Part shown: one piece after another, positions 10,101 through 20,000 of the stretch
Layout of the letters: each line of letters begins with the position of its first letter
Numbering within the stretch: position 1 is the stretch's first letter
Assembly (NCBI GenBank): GCA_025355965.1
Contig: JANXYR010000075.1
Span: forward strand, 6,712 to 70,711
Direction: 5' to 3'
DNA: 64,000 nucleotides
DNA from: Geobacteraceae bacterium
GTDB lineage: Bacteria; Desulfobacterota; Desulfuromonadia; Geobacterales; Pseudopelobacteraceae
Notes under the pieces: generated by a model
What the model was told of the DNA's origin: nothing
The model's database searches: none
Seen by the model: the letters and a program-made list of their open reading frames with translations, nothing else
Made by a program: the position numbers and the translations under genes

Positions 10101-13100
10101 GCGCCTGACCGAGAATGGAAGCGGCTGCGTTTTCACGGGTGACTTCGTAGGGACCGCCCTTGACGCCGCTGTAATAGGTGATTCCGCTGGGAGCTTCTGT
10201 CGGAAAGAGATGCAGGTCGTGATATGGGCCGGATACCGCCTCTGCAACCTCGCAGTGCACTGTGGTGACTCCCTGCAGTGGGAAAAAGCGGCAGTCGAGT
10301 TGGGATACAAGTTTTTGGACTGCTGTAGTATCCCCGCCAATCACGCATTCGTCGGGTGTGTTGATGATGAGGAGATAGGCACGGGGGATATCGGCCAGCA
10401 GGCGTTGTACCTCGCCGGCCCGGGCTTGTACTACCCCCAGGCTCCAATTGACGGTCTCATCCGCGGCCAGTCCCCATGTTTGCCGCGCCGCACGGCACTC
10501 GCCAGCCATGTCGTGGGTGAAAAGAGTTGATTCCTGCATGCGGTTGTACATGGAGTCCCGGTCCCGCCAGGCGTGCAGGGCGAGGAGTCCTGCTGATTCA
10601 CCAAGACTGTAGCCTATAACGGCGGACGGCTGGACGCCGAAGCTGCGTACCAGGTCACTGACGGCGCAGCCGGTGGCAACCTGGCCGAATATTACGGCAC
10701 GGTGGTTGTTATCGATCTCGCTGTTTGAGGCTCCATTCCAGAAAAGTTCAGGCTGAAACTGGCTGCGCAGGTAGAAATTTTCTGTGTCCTGTTGGCGGAG
10801 GATCTTCGGCCAACGGCTGAAGAGTTCCATCCCCATGCCTGGATAATGATTGCCGGAACCGGGGAAGACAAAGGCTATCTTTGCATCGCGGCCAAGTGGC
10901 GTTGGGGAGTAAAAAATCCGATCACGCAGGGCTGGAACTGCATCGGGTGGTAACCCACCGGCGGTCAGGGTTTGTTTACCCTGTTCGATCAAAGCTTCGA
11001 GTTCGTCGCGGTTTCTGGCAACCAGTGTCATGGCAAGAGGTTTGTCGGCTGAGTTGTGATACTGTTCGTACCACTCACTGGCAATCTTAGAGATGTTAAT
11101 AGCCTTAATACCGGATATGTTGCGACTTAATATATCAAGTTTTACTTTAATTTCATCAGGTGTGTCACCCGCTAGGGAAAACAGGAAATCAACTCCTTCA
11201 CCAAGTGGGGCGACCCGATCAAATGAGCTTTCTGAAGGCTGTGGCCCCCGACCTTCGAGGACGACATGGCTGCAGGAACCATCAATGCCGCAACTGCTTA
11301 CCCCGGCTCGGCGTGGGCCATCTGTCCGATTTTGTAACCAGTAACTGGAGGTTTGTGGCAAAAAGAGGGGACCGGGAGATGCCAGTTCGGTACACGGTTG
11401 TTCGATGCCACGGCAGGCGGGAATTATTTCCTGATGCAGGGCAAGGCAGGCACGCACTATAGAGGATAGACCGGAGGCTGCACCACAATGGCCAATATCG
11501 GCTTTGACGGTGGAAACGGCACAGGAGCGGTCAGCCATAGACTCTCTGTCGAAGAAAGATGCCAGGACTGCTGCTTCCCTGAGGTCCTCGTCAATATTGC
11601 CGCCAGCGTTTGCTTCCAGATAACCTATCGTTGCCGGGCTGACTCCGGCATCAGCATAGGCTCGCTCCAGAGCATGCCCGTAAGCGATGTCTCCACACGA
11701 TTGCTTGTCGCCGCCGCTTGAACCTATGCCGCGGATGACGGCATAGATGCTATCACCATCTTGCTCTGCATCTTCCAGTCGTTTAAGAACAAGCGCCGTT
11801 GCACCTTCTCCGATTACAGAGCCGTCTGCGGACTGATCAAAGGGGAGGGAATGGCCGGAGGAGGAGAGGGGGCGCAGAGCATGGTGTCCAAGAACCGCCC
11901 GCAGGTCGCCTGCCATATCCACACTGCCAACAAGCGCCCGATCCAGTTCACCGGCCTGAAGCAGCCGAACCGCCGTCTCCAGACTGCGGACGCCGGAACT
12001 TTCTTCACTTGATAAAGTGAAACTCGGTCCACCGACACGGAACTCTCGCGCAATCCTGCTGGCAACAACACTGCCAAGTGCGCCCATGGTTCGGTTTGCG
12101 CTCAAGGCAGGCCCGGTGGCATCACAAAGCTGCTTTGTCCATGTGGCAAGCTCTTCCGCTGAAAGTTCACGTCCCAACTCTTTGGCCCAATCTGCAGCTT
12201 GTCCGGCCAGAGACCAGCGGAGGCTGAAGTTGGTGCTGTTCAGATCGAGGGCGATGCCGATAAATACGCCAGTATTCAGGTTATCCTCGCGGTCCAGTCC
12301 GGCATCCTGCATGGCAGCGGCTGCGGTCTGGAGCATAAGCAGCTGCTGCGGAAGCATCTCCTCCATCTCGCGCGGTGGTATGCGGAACTGGTCCGGTGCG
12401 ATTGCGAGATCATCATGGTAAAAGCCGCTGAACGGCGTACTGTCCAATCCCTCTTGATGAAACCATTTGGTATCCTCTGCTCCCCACCACTTGCCGGGTT
12501 TCGTAGGCTGAGTTGCCGCGTCGCCACCAAGCACCCGCTCCTGAAAGGCCCGCAGATTTTGCCAGGGGCCGAAATTGGCAGCCATGCCGATAATGGCGAT
12601 GGGAGACGATGTTACTTTTGCTGAAGAAATGTTGATTTCAGGAATATTTCCAATGTGGTCAGAGGAGGCAGATGGCAACCACTCTTCAACAAGTAGATGG
12701 GCATTGATACCGCCAAATCCAAAGGCGCTAATTGCGGCTCTGCGCGGCGTGTCATCTGTACGGCGCAGCCACGGTTCTGCAGCTTTCAGGATGCGGAACG
12801 GGCTCTGCTCCAGCTCCATGCCTGGCTGTGGTCTGTTGAAATTGGCGGTGGGGGGGAGTATCTCCGCCCGCATGGCCAGCAGAACCTTCGTCAGTGCCGC
12901 TCCGCCTGCGGCGGTCAGCAGGTGACCGATATTGGACTTGACTGAACCGAGGACGCAGCGGTTTTCGCCACCCTCTGCTCCGTCCCAAAGTTGCTTCAGG
13001 CTCTCTACTTCCACGGCATCGCCGACCGGGGTGCCGGTGGCGTGACATTCGATCAGGTCCACATCAGTGGGGTTCCATCCGGCTTTTTTATACGCGGCAC

Positions 13101-14022
13101 GCATGGCACGCAGCTGCCCCTCTGACATGGGGGCAAGCAGGCTGCCACCGACGTCATTGGCCAGGCCGATACCTTTAATGATTCCGTAGATATGGTCACC
13201 CTCGGCAACGGCGTCTGCAGTCCGCTTAAGCAGGAACAGTCCGGCCCCTTCGCCGACGACAAGGCCATCACCGGCAGCATCGAAGGGCGAGCAGATGCCG
13301 CGCTTCGAGAGAGCGCGCAGCTGGGAAAATCCCATTTGGGTATAGAGTGGGTCAGGGCGGGAGAGGCCACCGGTCAGCATGGCATCAGCCCTGCCGGAGA
13401 GGAGTTCTTCTACTGCCAGCTTGATGGCATAGAGTGAGGAGGCACAGGCGGCATCAAGGGTAAAGTTGCCTCCGCCCAACCCGAGGGCCTGAGCCAGAAT
13501 TCCGGCGGGTAGGCCTGCTACATAGCGGTTGAGAGGTGAGGTTGATAATTTGGGTGAGCTATTGCCGGTAAGTTTTTCTTCGAAGGTTCTTCCCAGCCAG
13601 TCGCGGGCCAGCAGAGTAGATGTTTCGCTAGGCAACGCCAGGTTGCCGATGATAACACCGACCCGTGAGCGATCAAGAGAAGAGGTTATGCCATCGTCAA
13701 AGGCACGTTTTCCGGCATGGATCAGCAGGTGAAAGAGCGGATCAAGACCATCCAGTCGGGCTGAATCGATGGCAAGGCCACTCAGGGTGGAGGCGAGCAG
13801 TATTTCATCAATAAAACAGCCACGCCGCGAATAAACTCGGTCCAGGACTCCGACAGCGGGGTCGAAAGCCATATCGGCCGGGATTTGCCAGCGCCCCGCC
13901 GGAACATCGCGGGTTGCGCTTTTGCCGCTGCGGATATTTGCCCAGAAGCTGTCAAGATCCGGTGCATCGGGGAAGATGCCGCCGATCCCGACAATAGCAA
14001 CTGATGGAGGGGAAACCGGCAT
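7132..14022 (-). CDS. pfaC: PfaC-like multidomain synthase: KS - CLF(KS-like, no Cys) - AT - 2x FabA-type DH
   Basis: - KS Cys DAACASS at about 13434-13454.
- Second KS-like domain has SSEESSG in place of the Cys motif.
- AT GYSLGES at about 10597-10620.
- FabA-like His motifs HFVDDRVMPGTL (about 8572-8607) and HFYEDPVTPGSL (about 7405-7443).
- Start preferred at ATG 14022 (AGGAAG 8 nt upstream; TGATG overlap with the pfaA stop). The ORF track's upstream ATG at 14046 is the alternative. Confidence 0.9.
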   Translation of the reverse strand: MPVSPPSVAIVGIGGIFPDAPDLDSFWANIRSGKSATRDVPAGRWQIPADMAFDPAVGVLDRVYSRRGCFIDEILLASTLSGLAIDSARLDGLDPLFHLLIHAGKRAFDDGITSSLDRSRVGVIIGNLALPSETSTLLARDWLGRTFEEKLTGNSSPKLSTSPLNRYVAGLPAGILAQALGLGGGNFTLDAACASSLYAIKLAVEELLSGRADAMLTGGLSRPDPLYTQMGFSQLRALSKRGICSPFDAAGDGLVVGEGAGLFLLKRTADAVAEGDHIYGIIKGIGLANDVGGSLLAPMSEGQLRAMRAAYKKAGWNPTDVDLIECHATGTPVGDAVEVESLKQLWDGAEGGENRCVLGSVKSNIGHLLTAAGGAALTKVLLAMRAEILPPTANFNRPQPGMELEQSPFRILKAAEPWLRRTDDTPRRAAISAFGFGGINAHLLVEEWLPSASSDHIGNIPEINISSAKVTSSPIAIIGMAANFGPWQNLRAFQERVLGGDAATQPTKPGKWWGAEDTKWFHQEGLDSTPFSGFYHDDLAIAPDQFRIPPREMEEMLPQQLLMLQTAAAAMQDAGLDREDNLNTGVFIGIALDLNSTNFSLRWSLAGQAADWAKELGRELSAEELATWTKQLCDATGPALSANRTMGALGSVVASRIAREFRVGGPSFTLSSEESSGVRSLETAVRLLQAGELDRALVGSVDMAGDLRAVLGHHALRPLSSSGHSLPFDQSADGSVIGEGATALVLKRLEDAEQDGDSIYAVIRGIGSSGGDKQSCGDIAYGHALERAYADAGVSPATIGYLEANAGGNIDEDLREAAVLASFFDRESMADRSCAVSTVKADIGHCGAASGLSSIVRACLALHQEIIPACRGIEQPCTELASPGPLFLPQTSSYWLQNRTDGPRRAGVSSCGIDGSCSHVVLEGRGPQPSESSFDRVAPLGEGVDFLFSLAGDTPDEIKVKLDILSRNISGIKAINISKIASEWYEQYHNSADKPLAMTLVARNRDELEALIEQGKQTLTAGGLPPDAVPALRDRIFYSPTPLGRDAKIAFVFPGSGNHYPGMGMELFSRWPKILRQQDTENFYLRSQFQPELFWNGASNSEIDNNHRAVIFGQVATGCAVSDLVRSFGVQPSAVIGYSLGESAGLLALHAWRDRDSMYNRMQESTLFTHDMAGECRAARQTWGLAADETVNWSLGVVQARAGEVQRLLADIPRAYLLIINTPDECVIGGDTTAVQKLVSQLDCRFFPLQGVTTVHCEVAEAVSGPYHDLHLFPTEAPSGITYYSGVKGGPYEVTRENAAASILGQALHGIDYPAVIESAYSNGVRLFLEMGPGASCSRMIGRILGDRPHLARSACFAGQDSVSIILRLLANLIAERVPLDLAPLFDEPHIETHTNTKTATVKVSIGGMSFHPPLPVASLKIPPHQPKSFDFAQDKHLPHGDVIKSVTDSLLDEFARAQQEQIRAHKAFLDFSEVVSQSMAQAMELEMTLRQALGDDVPLDYAQNTAGERSRNIPTAPLVAFNRNLCMEFAIGSVARMLGSEFAEADSFPTRVRLPDEPLMLVDRIISVEGEARSMTHGRVVTEHDIHPNAWYLDGGRIPTCIAVEAGQADLFLSGYLGIDFITRGLAVYRLLDAVVTFHRRLPGPGETIHYDIHIERFFRQGDTWLFRFFFEATVNGQPLLSMRDGCAGFFSQQELDAGKGIVRPALDLRPTAGIRPADWQELVSMTREGYDAVQLDRLREGDLAGCFGSLFAALSLARPLTIPGGRMRLVHRVNEIDPNGGRCGIGIIRAEADIHPDDWFITCHFVDDRVMPGTLMYECCMHTLRVYLLRLGWVAESQDSVWEPVPGVASKLCCRGQVLENTKVVTYEVTIREIGYRPEPYVICDALMYADGKPIVEITSMSARLTGTTKEKLQALWSAFPPLPAGEGRGEGIKPAIYTKEQILAYSNGNPSEGFGERYRIFDAGRKIARLPGPPFQFMDRVTAVRGEPWQMTAGAMVEAQYDLPTDAWFFAAERQARMPFAVLLEAALQPCGWLAAYVGSALTSPSDISFRNLGGTAVQHRVVTPKSGVLTCSATMKKVATSGGMIIQEFDFSVADRNGILYKGDTMFGFFAKEALANQVGIRDAKPYQPTPEETERGRSLPYPETAPFPEKQLRMIDRIELFVPDGGPQGLGYILGIKDVDPNEWFFKAHFYEDPVTPGSLGLESFIQLVKFAAVERWGWQDGNIISAVALNHKHSWLYRGQVVPTNSRVTVSAWVTAVDEQQRILTADGFLAVDGKLIYQMNNFTVCMENN
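8221..8256. repeat. REP-like palindromic element embedded in frame in pfaC
   Basis: cccctcaccccggCCCTCTCCCgctGGGAGAGGGgg, a 9-bp inverted repeat at 8234-8242 / 8246-8254. Its 5' part, CCCTCACCCCG[G/T]CCCTCTCC, is 19/20 identical to the element forming the fur terminator at 29944-29963. Confidence 0.65.
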
Positions 14023-17000
14023 CAGGCGGCTTCCTGTACGACGCACCCTGGTTGAGATAACTGATTACGCCGAAAAGCCATTTCGAGGGACGGATCGATG
14101 ACACATTCGTACCCCTCTAGCCGGGCAATCAATTTGCCTGTCTTCCGTTCGAGAAATTCCATGTCGGCCGAGGCACTATGCTCTCGTTCAGCTGTAACAC
14201 GGATAACTATTTGGGCCCCAAGGCTGGGGAAATTGTCCTGGAACTGGCGGTAGCGGCCAGCAAACGAGGGGAGAGAGCCGGAGCCAAACCGTTCGAAACT
14301 CCACAGGATCATAAGCTGGAAGGCACAGTCTATCACCAGAGGATCAGTGATCCAGATGTTTCTTAGTGGCTGTTTGACCCATTTGGAAGGTTCAGGAGCG
14401 GTTTTTACCAGTGCAGAAATACCTTTTGACGAACAACCGCCGATCTGTTCGATACCGTGCAGGTCGGGTCCGTGGAAAAGGCGGTCATGATCATAGATCG
14501 CGCCACTGTCCTGTGGATATGGTGTGGTCGGCAGATCGACAATCGAACGGATGCCTTCCGGCAGTTTTGTGGCCAGGACAATTTCGGCGCGTACGTGAAG
14601 AATGGAGCGCCCGTCATCGGAAGTGCTGGTCAACTCAACTGGAACATAATGTAGCGAGTCCCGTTTTTCAGCCCGGCCAGCCAGTACATGCAGGGAGCAG
14701 GAAGAAGTCTGCTCGAAGGTTACCCCTTTGCAGATACGAAGATCATTGAAGCCATGAAAACGGAAACCCGGGTTGCCGTGCAGCGCTCCATGGGCCAGCC
14801 ATTCCACAATCATGGCCATGGGTAGTACGGCCTTGCCGTCGATTACGTGCGAACGGATAAAGGGATAATCATCAACCGTCAATGTCAGGCTGAAGGCCTC
14901 CACCAGCGGCTTGGTCGTGACCGACAGCGGTATCCCGGCTGTATCGGCCATTGCGATGACTTCTATCGGAGCGTCAGTTGCGGCTATTTCTCTTGCGAGC
15001 AGTTCTCCGCCAGCAGCGAGGTTTATCAGGCCGATACCTTCGCCGCTAAAAACCTTTTTTAGTGCGGGCGTTACCATGCCACCGTCCCATGGTCCCCAGT
15101 TAATGCAGACTGTATGACATGCAGGGCGACGTCGTGACTCGGCCTGGGCCAGTTTATTGAGGGCCTCGTTGGCAACGGCGTAATCTACCTGTCCACTGCG
15201 ACCGAAGCGACCGGTGGTAGATCCGAACAGGGCAATAAAACGGAGGTCGTCGCTGACGGTGGCGGCAAGAAGTGTACGTAGCCCAATGACTTTGGTGCTG
15301 TAAACGGAGGCAAACTGTTCCACGGTTTTGTCGCTAATTAAACGGTCGGCCAGAACACCAGCCCCATGGACTATACCACGGATGGGGCCATGCTCCTGGC
15401 GGATTGTCTGAAGCAGGTTATTGACGGCATCGTTGTCGCGGATATCCACAGCGCGGTAGAGGGCATGCCCGCCGACCGCCTCAATACCTGCGAGAGTAAC
15501 TTTCAGTTCTCTTCCGGCAATGACTGAGCGGTACCGTTCTTCAATTTCTTTAGGATGAAGTTTACCCGGCGACTGCTGGAGGATGGCTTTTTTGATGTCA
15601 CTTTCGCCGCTTAGTGGTGTCAGCCAAGCCGGTTCGGCCTGCGGTTCCTGACTGCGACCGAGCAGAACCAGCGTCGGGCGATAAGCTTCGGCCAGGGCGA
15701 TAGCGGTAGCAGCGGTAACTCCACGTCCACCTCCGGTCACGACGACAACATCTCCCGGTTGCAGGGGTGGCATTGCAGGGCTTGTCAATGCAGGCAGATC
15801 CGTCGGTGCAAGTGCGATACGCCCGGCAGGCATAAGGCCTACCTCGACCGGACCGGTCACGAAAAGTTCAACAGACAAAGCGTGAGCGGCTGCGGCTGCA
15901 TCCGGAAAAGCACCAAGATCAATGGCCTTGCAGGACACTTTCGGCCATTCATGGGCGGCCGTTTTAACCAGACCGGCTAGGCCACCTGAGAGTGGGTCGG
16001 CAAGGATTGAACCGGATTCAAAGGCAAAGGATCCGTCAAGTCGTGAAACTGTACTGAAAAAAGCTCCTGCTTCCTCTGCACTTAGGCGTAAGGCTGGTGC
16101 CGCTTTTTTAAGAAGCAGGAAGGCCTTCTCCAGAAAAACATCATCTGTGCCGCCAGCCGGGGAAACGATCACCAATCCGGACAGGTTATCAAGTGGCAGA
16201 CTGTCCACATCTTCATTCGTTCTGATAAGGCGAATAGAGTGGCCTTCGGTGCTCAAGATAGTGCAGAGTTCGCCGGATAAGGAAGAACCGTCATCGGTGA
16301 TCCAGATGGTGCCATTGTCCGCCAATTGTAGCGTATCCGCCGTTGCTGTGAGTGGAACAGGGACCACGGTGCTGCGATTGAGTCCGCTACTGCGTTCGGA
16401 TTCACGTTTGATGACAGTCACCGGAGTGGTGCTGGACCGTTGGATGGGGGCTGCAGCAGCCCCCTGTTCCAAAAAACTTGCAATCTCACCAAGTGTATGC
16501 AGAGAACCCAAATGTTCCGGGCCGATGGCTGGCGAGCCGGGCAATAGTTCCTGCAGAGCGGAAAGAATTTCAACCCGCTTGATGGAGTCGATACCGAGAT
16601 CTGAATCCAGTCCCATCTCCAGCTCAAGCATCTCCACCGGATAACCTGTTTTCTCGCTGACGACCGCCAGCAGAGTTTCTGCGACGTTATTTGCAACAGA
16701 CGGCTGCACGGTGACGGCTGAAGTCATGCCGGCGCCGAGGTAGTTGGTGATCTCACCCAGAGTATGCAGAGATCCAAGATGTTCCGGCCCGATGACCGGT
16801 GAACCGGGCAAACGTTCCTGCAGCGCTGACAGGATTTCGACCCGCTTGATGGAGTCGATCCCCAAGTCTGAATCCAGCCCCATCTCCAGTTCCAGCATTT
16901 CAATCGGATAGCCGGTCTTCTCGCTGACGACCGCCAGCAGGGTTTCTGTTACATTGTTTGCAATCGGCGGTTGTACGGAGGCGCTAGAAGACATGCCAGC

Positions 17001-20000
17001 GCCAAGGTAGTTGGCGATCTCACCCAGAGTATGCAGGGAACCTAGATGCTCCGGGCCGATGACCGGTGAACCGGGCAGCCGTTCCTGCAGTGCTGACAGG
17101 ATTTCGACCCGTTTGATGGAGTCAATACCGAGATCTGAATCCAGCCCCATCTCCAGTTCCAGCATTTCAATCGGATAACCGGTTTTTTCGCTGACTACCG
17201 CTAATAACGTGTCCGTAACCAGATCTGCGTTTGGTGAGTGGACTAAAGGTGCGGCAGTTGTCGCGATCGCTACAGGGCGTGTAACCGGTGCCGCTACGGT
17301 TGTGGCAATAGTTGGAGTGAAAACAGGCGGAGCCATCAGTTGTGATGGCGCCTGAAGCGCGCCGCCGTGAAGGATGCGACTCTGCTGTTCCAGCAGGGTC
17401 TGAATGGTTCTGCTCGTGGTCTCCTGACCTTCAAGAAAGCGGCGGTGGAGCTGGGCAGTATCTTCCTGCATCTTCTGCAGTACGGACATTCCTTCTCTTG
17501 TTACTCGCAGCGACTCTGCCAGTGCATCATGCGAAAGCGGCGCAGCTCCGAAAGAATTACTTACGGATGTGGACTGCATAGCAGGCCGAACCGGCGCTGA
17601 GGGGGGTCGTTTAGGTTTTGGTTTGACATAGTTGGCACCGCAGATTGGAATTGTCATCGCCGGTTTTTTTGCATTGGCTTGCTTCGGCGGCGTATAACCT
17701 TCATCCCATTTGACAAGCTGCACAGAGTGGCCGAGAACGGCAAGTTGAGCCAGGCAGCGAGCCAGATCAACTATGCCGGAGTGTTTGCCACTTGAAACAT
17801 CAACCGTCACAACCGTATATGTCTGCTCGCCAAGAATCGACTTGACCAGACCGCTTAAGCGTGAACCGGGGCCGACTTCTACAAAAGTTTTGACACCGGC
17901 TGCGTGCATGGCCTCAATTTCAGCAACGAACTCCACTGGTTGTGCCAACTGTCCTGCCAGAAGCTCTCTGGCACTGACTTCGTTATCCGGGTATTCAGCG
18001 GCTGTAGTATTTGAATAGACCGGAATGTTACCGGCGGCAAACTGTATGTCGGACAGGGCTGTCAGAAGTGGTGCAGCGGCATCAGCAACCAATGAACTAT
18101 GGAAGGCGGCGGCAACCGGCAACTGTTTACAGACCAGTTTGTGATTGCTGCAGGCCGAAACGGCCCGGGTGATTTCGTCACTTCTGCCGGAAAGAACAAA
18201 CTGGGTAGGGGCATTGCAATTGGCAATAACCAGATCAAGCTTTTCTTCTTCAATTAAGTGTTTAACGTCTGCTAGCGGCGCGGAGACAGCAAGCATGCTC
18301 CCTTTGTCACCATCTCCACCAGCCATTAGCTGACCGCGCAGCCGTGAAAGGGCGTGAAATGAGGTTTCTTCCAGGCGTCCCGCAGCACAGAGAGCGGTCA
18401 GTTCACCGTAGCTGTGGCCGGCAGTCGCTTCCGGAGTTATGCCAAAAGTTTCCAGCACCCGCAGTGCACCCAGACTGACCGCACCTATGGCTGGCTGGGC
18501 AACATCTGTGGCGCGCAGTGATTCTTCCTGCTGTTTTGAACTATTCGGGCCGAAGGAAGAGGTCGGATAGATCAGGTCGGTCAGGTGTGCGACGTCCTTA
18601 CTGTTGAAGCCGCTCTCTGCCGCAGTGATCGTTGCAAGCATCTCCGGGAAAGTACAAGCCAGATCACGCAGCATGCCGGTGTACTGGGCGCCCTGACCGG
18701 GAAAAAGTATGCCGAGTTTGCCCGCGACCTGTCCGGTTGCATAGTAGGCTCCGTCCGGGTTGTTCCAGGCTGTCGTCGGGTTCTTGCGCAACATGGCCAG
18801 GGCATTGGCGCAGAGCGACTTAATGTTTGTCTTGTTCCGTTCTACCACGAGAACCAGACGGCATGGCGCCTCTGCGTCAAAGGAGGCACGCAGAGCGGCG
18901 GCTTGTGTTCGCAAACCACTCCAGGACTGTTCGTCGCTGATATTGGAAAGTGCTGTCTCCAAGCTCCTAGTATCGCTTCCGGAAAAGGCCAGGATCTGGA
19001 CGTTGCCATCCCAGTCTGCCTTGCTGCTGGTTGGCCGGTACTCTTCCAGTACCGTGTGGAAATTTGAACCACCGAAACCGAATGCGCTAACCGCCGCACG
19101 GCGTGGCGCGCCGGGAGAAATCCAGGGGCGTTTTTTCGAGGCCAAGTAGAAGGGGGTGCTGCCATCAGAAACTTCTTTGAGTGGCTGCTGTACTTTAATG
19201 GTTGGGGGTATGACCTTGTGGTGCAGCGCCAGAGCCGCTTTGATCAGTCCGGCAGCACCTGACGCCGCCTTGGTGTGGCCGATCTGGGACTTCACTGAGC
19301 CGAGGGCACACCACGGGCTGTCCGCTTCGCCGTATATTTCCCTTAGAGCCGAAACTTCTACTGCATCACCTACTTTTGTGCCGGTGCCGTGGGCCTCCAC
19401 CAAGCCGATACTTTCCGGGGTGACTCCTGCTCGCCGGTAGGCATCCAGGATTGCTCTTTTCTGACCGGAAGCACTGGGGGTATATATCGCTTCACCTTTG
19501 CCATCGCTGGAAGAACCGACACCACGGATCACCGCATAGATTCTGTCGTTGTCGCGTTCTGCATCGGCCAAACGCTTGATGACCACAAGACCGAGACCTT
19601 CGCCAAGGATGGTTCCGTCACCGGATGCGTCGAATGGTTTGGCGTTGCCGGTAGGTGAAAGTGCCGGCGTCTTGCTGAAACACATATACATGAAAATATC
19701 GTTGAAGGTATCGATGCCACCGGTGACCACCATGTCGGACTTGCCGGTGGCCAGTTCCATGCTGGCAAGATGCAGTGCGCTGAACGAACTGGCACAGGCG
19801 GCGTCTACCACACAGTTGGTGCCGCCCAGATCATACTGCTTGCTGATCCTTCCAGCTACTACGTTGCCGAGCAGGCCAGGAAAGGAATTTTCCTGCCAGG
19901 GGACATAAGAATCAGAGATGCGCTGGACGACATCTGCAGCGGTTGTGTCGTCCACACCTGCATCTTTCAATGCCTCTCGCCAGTGGGGGTGACCAAGTCG

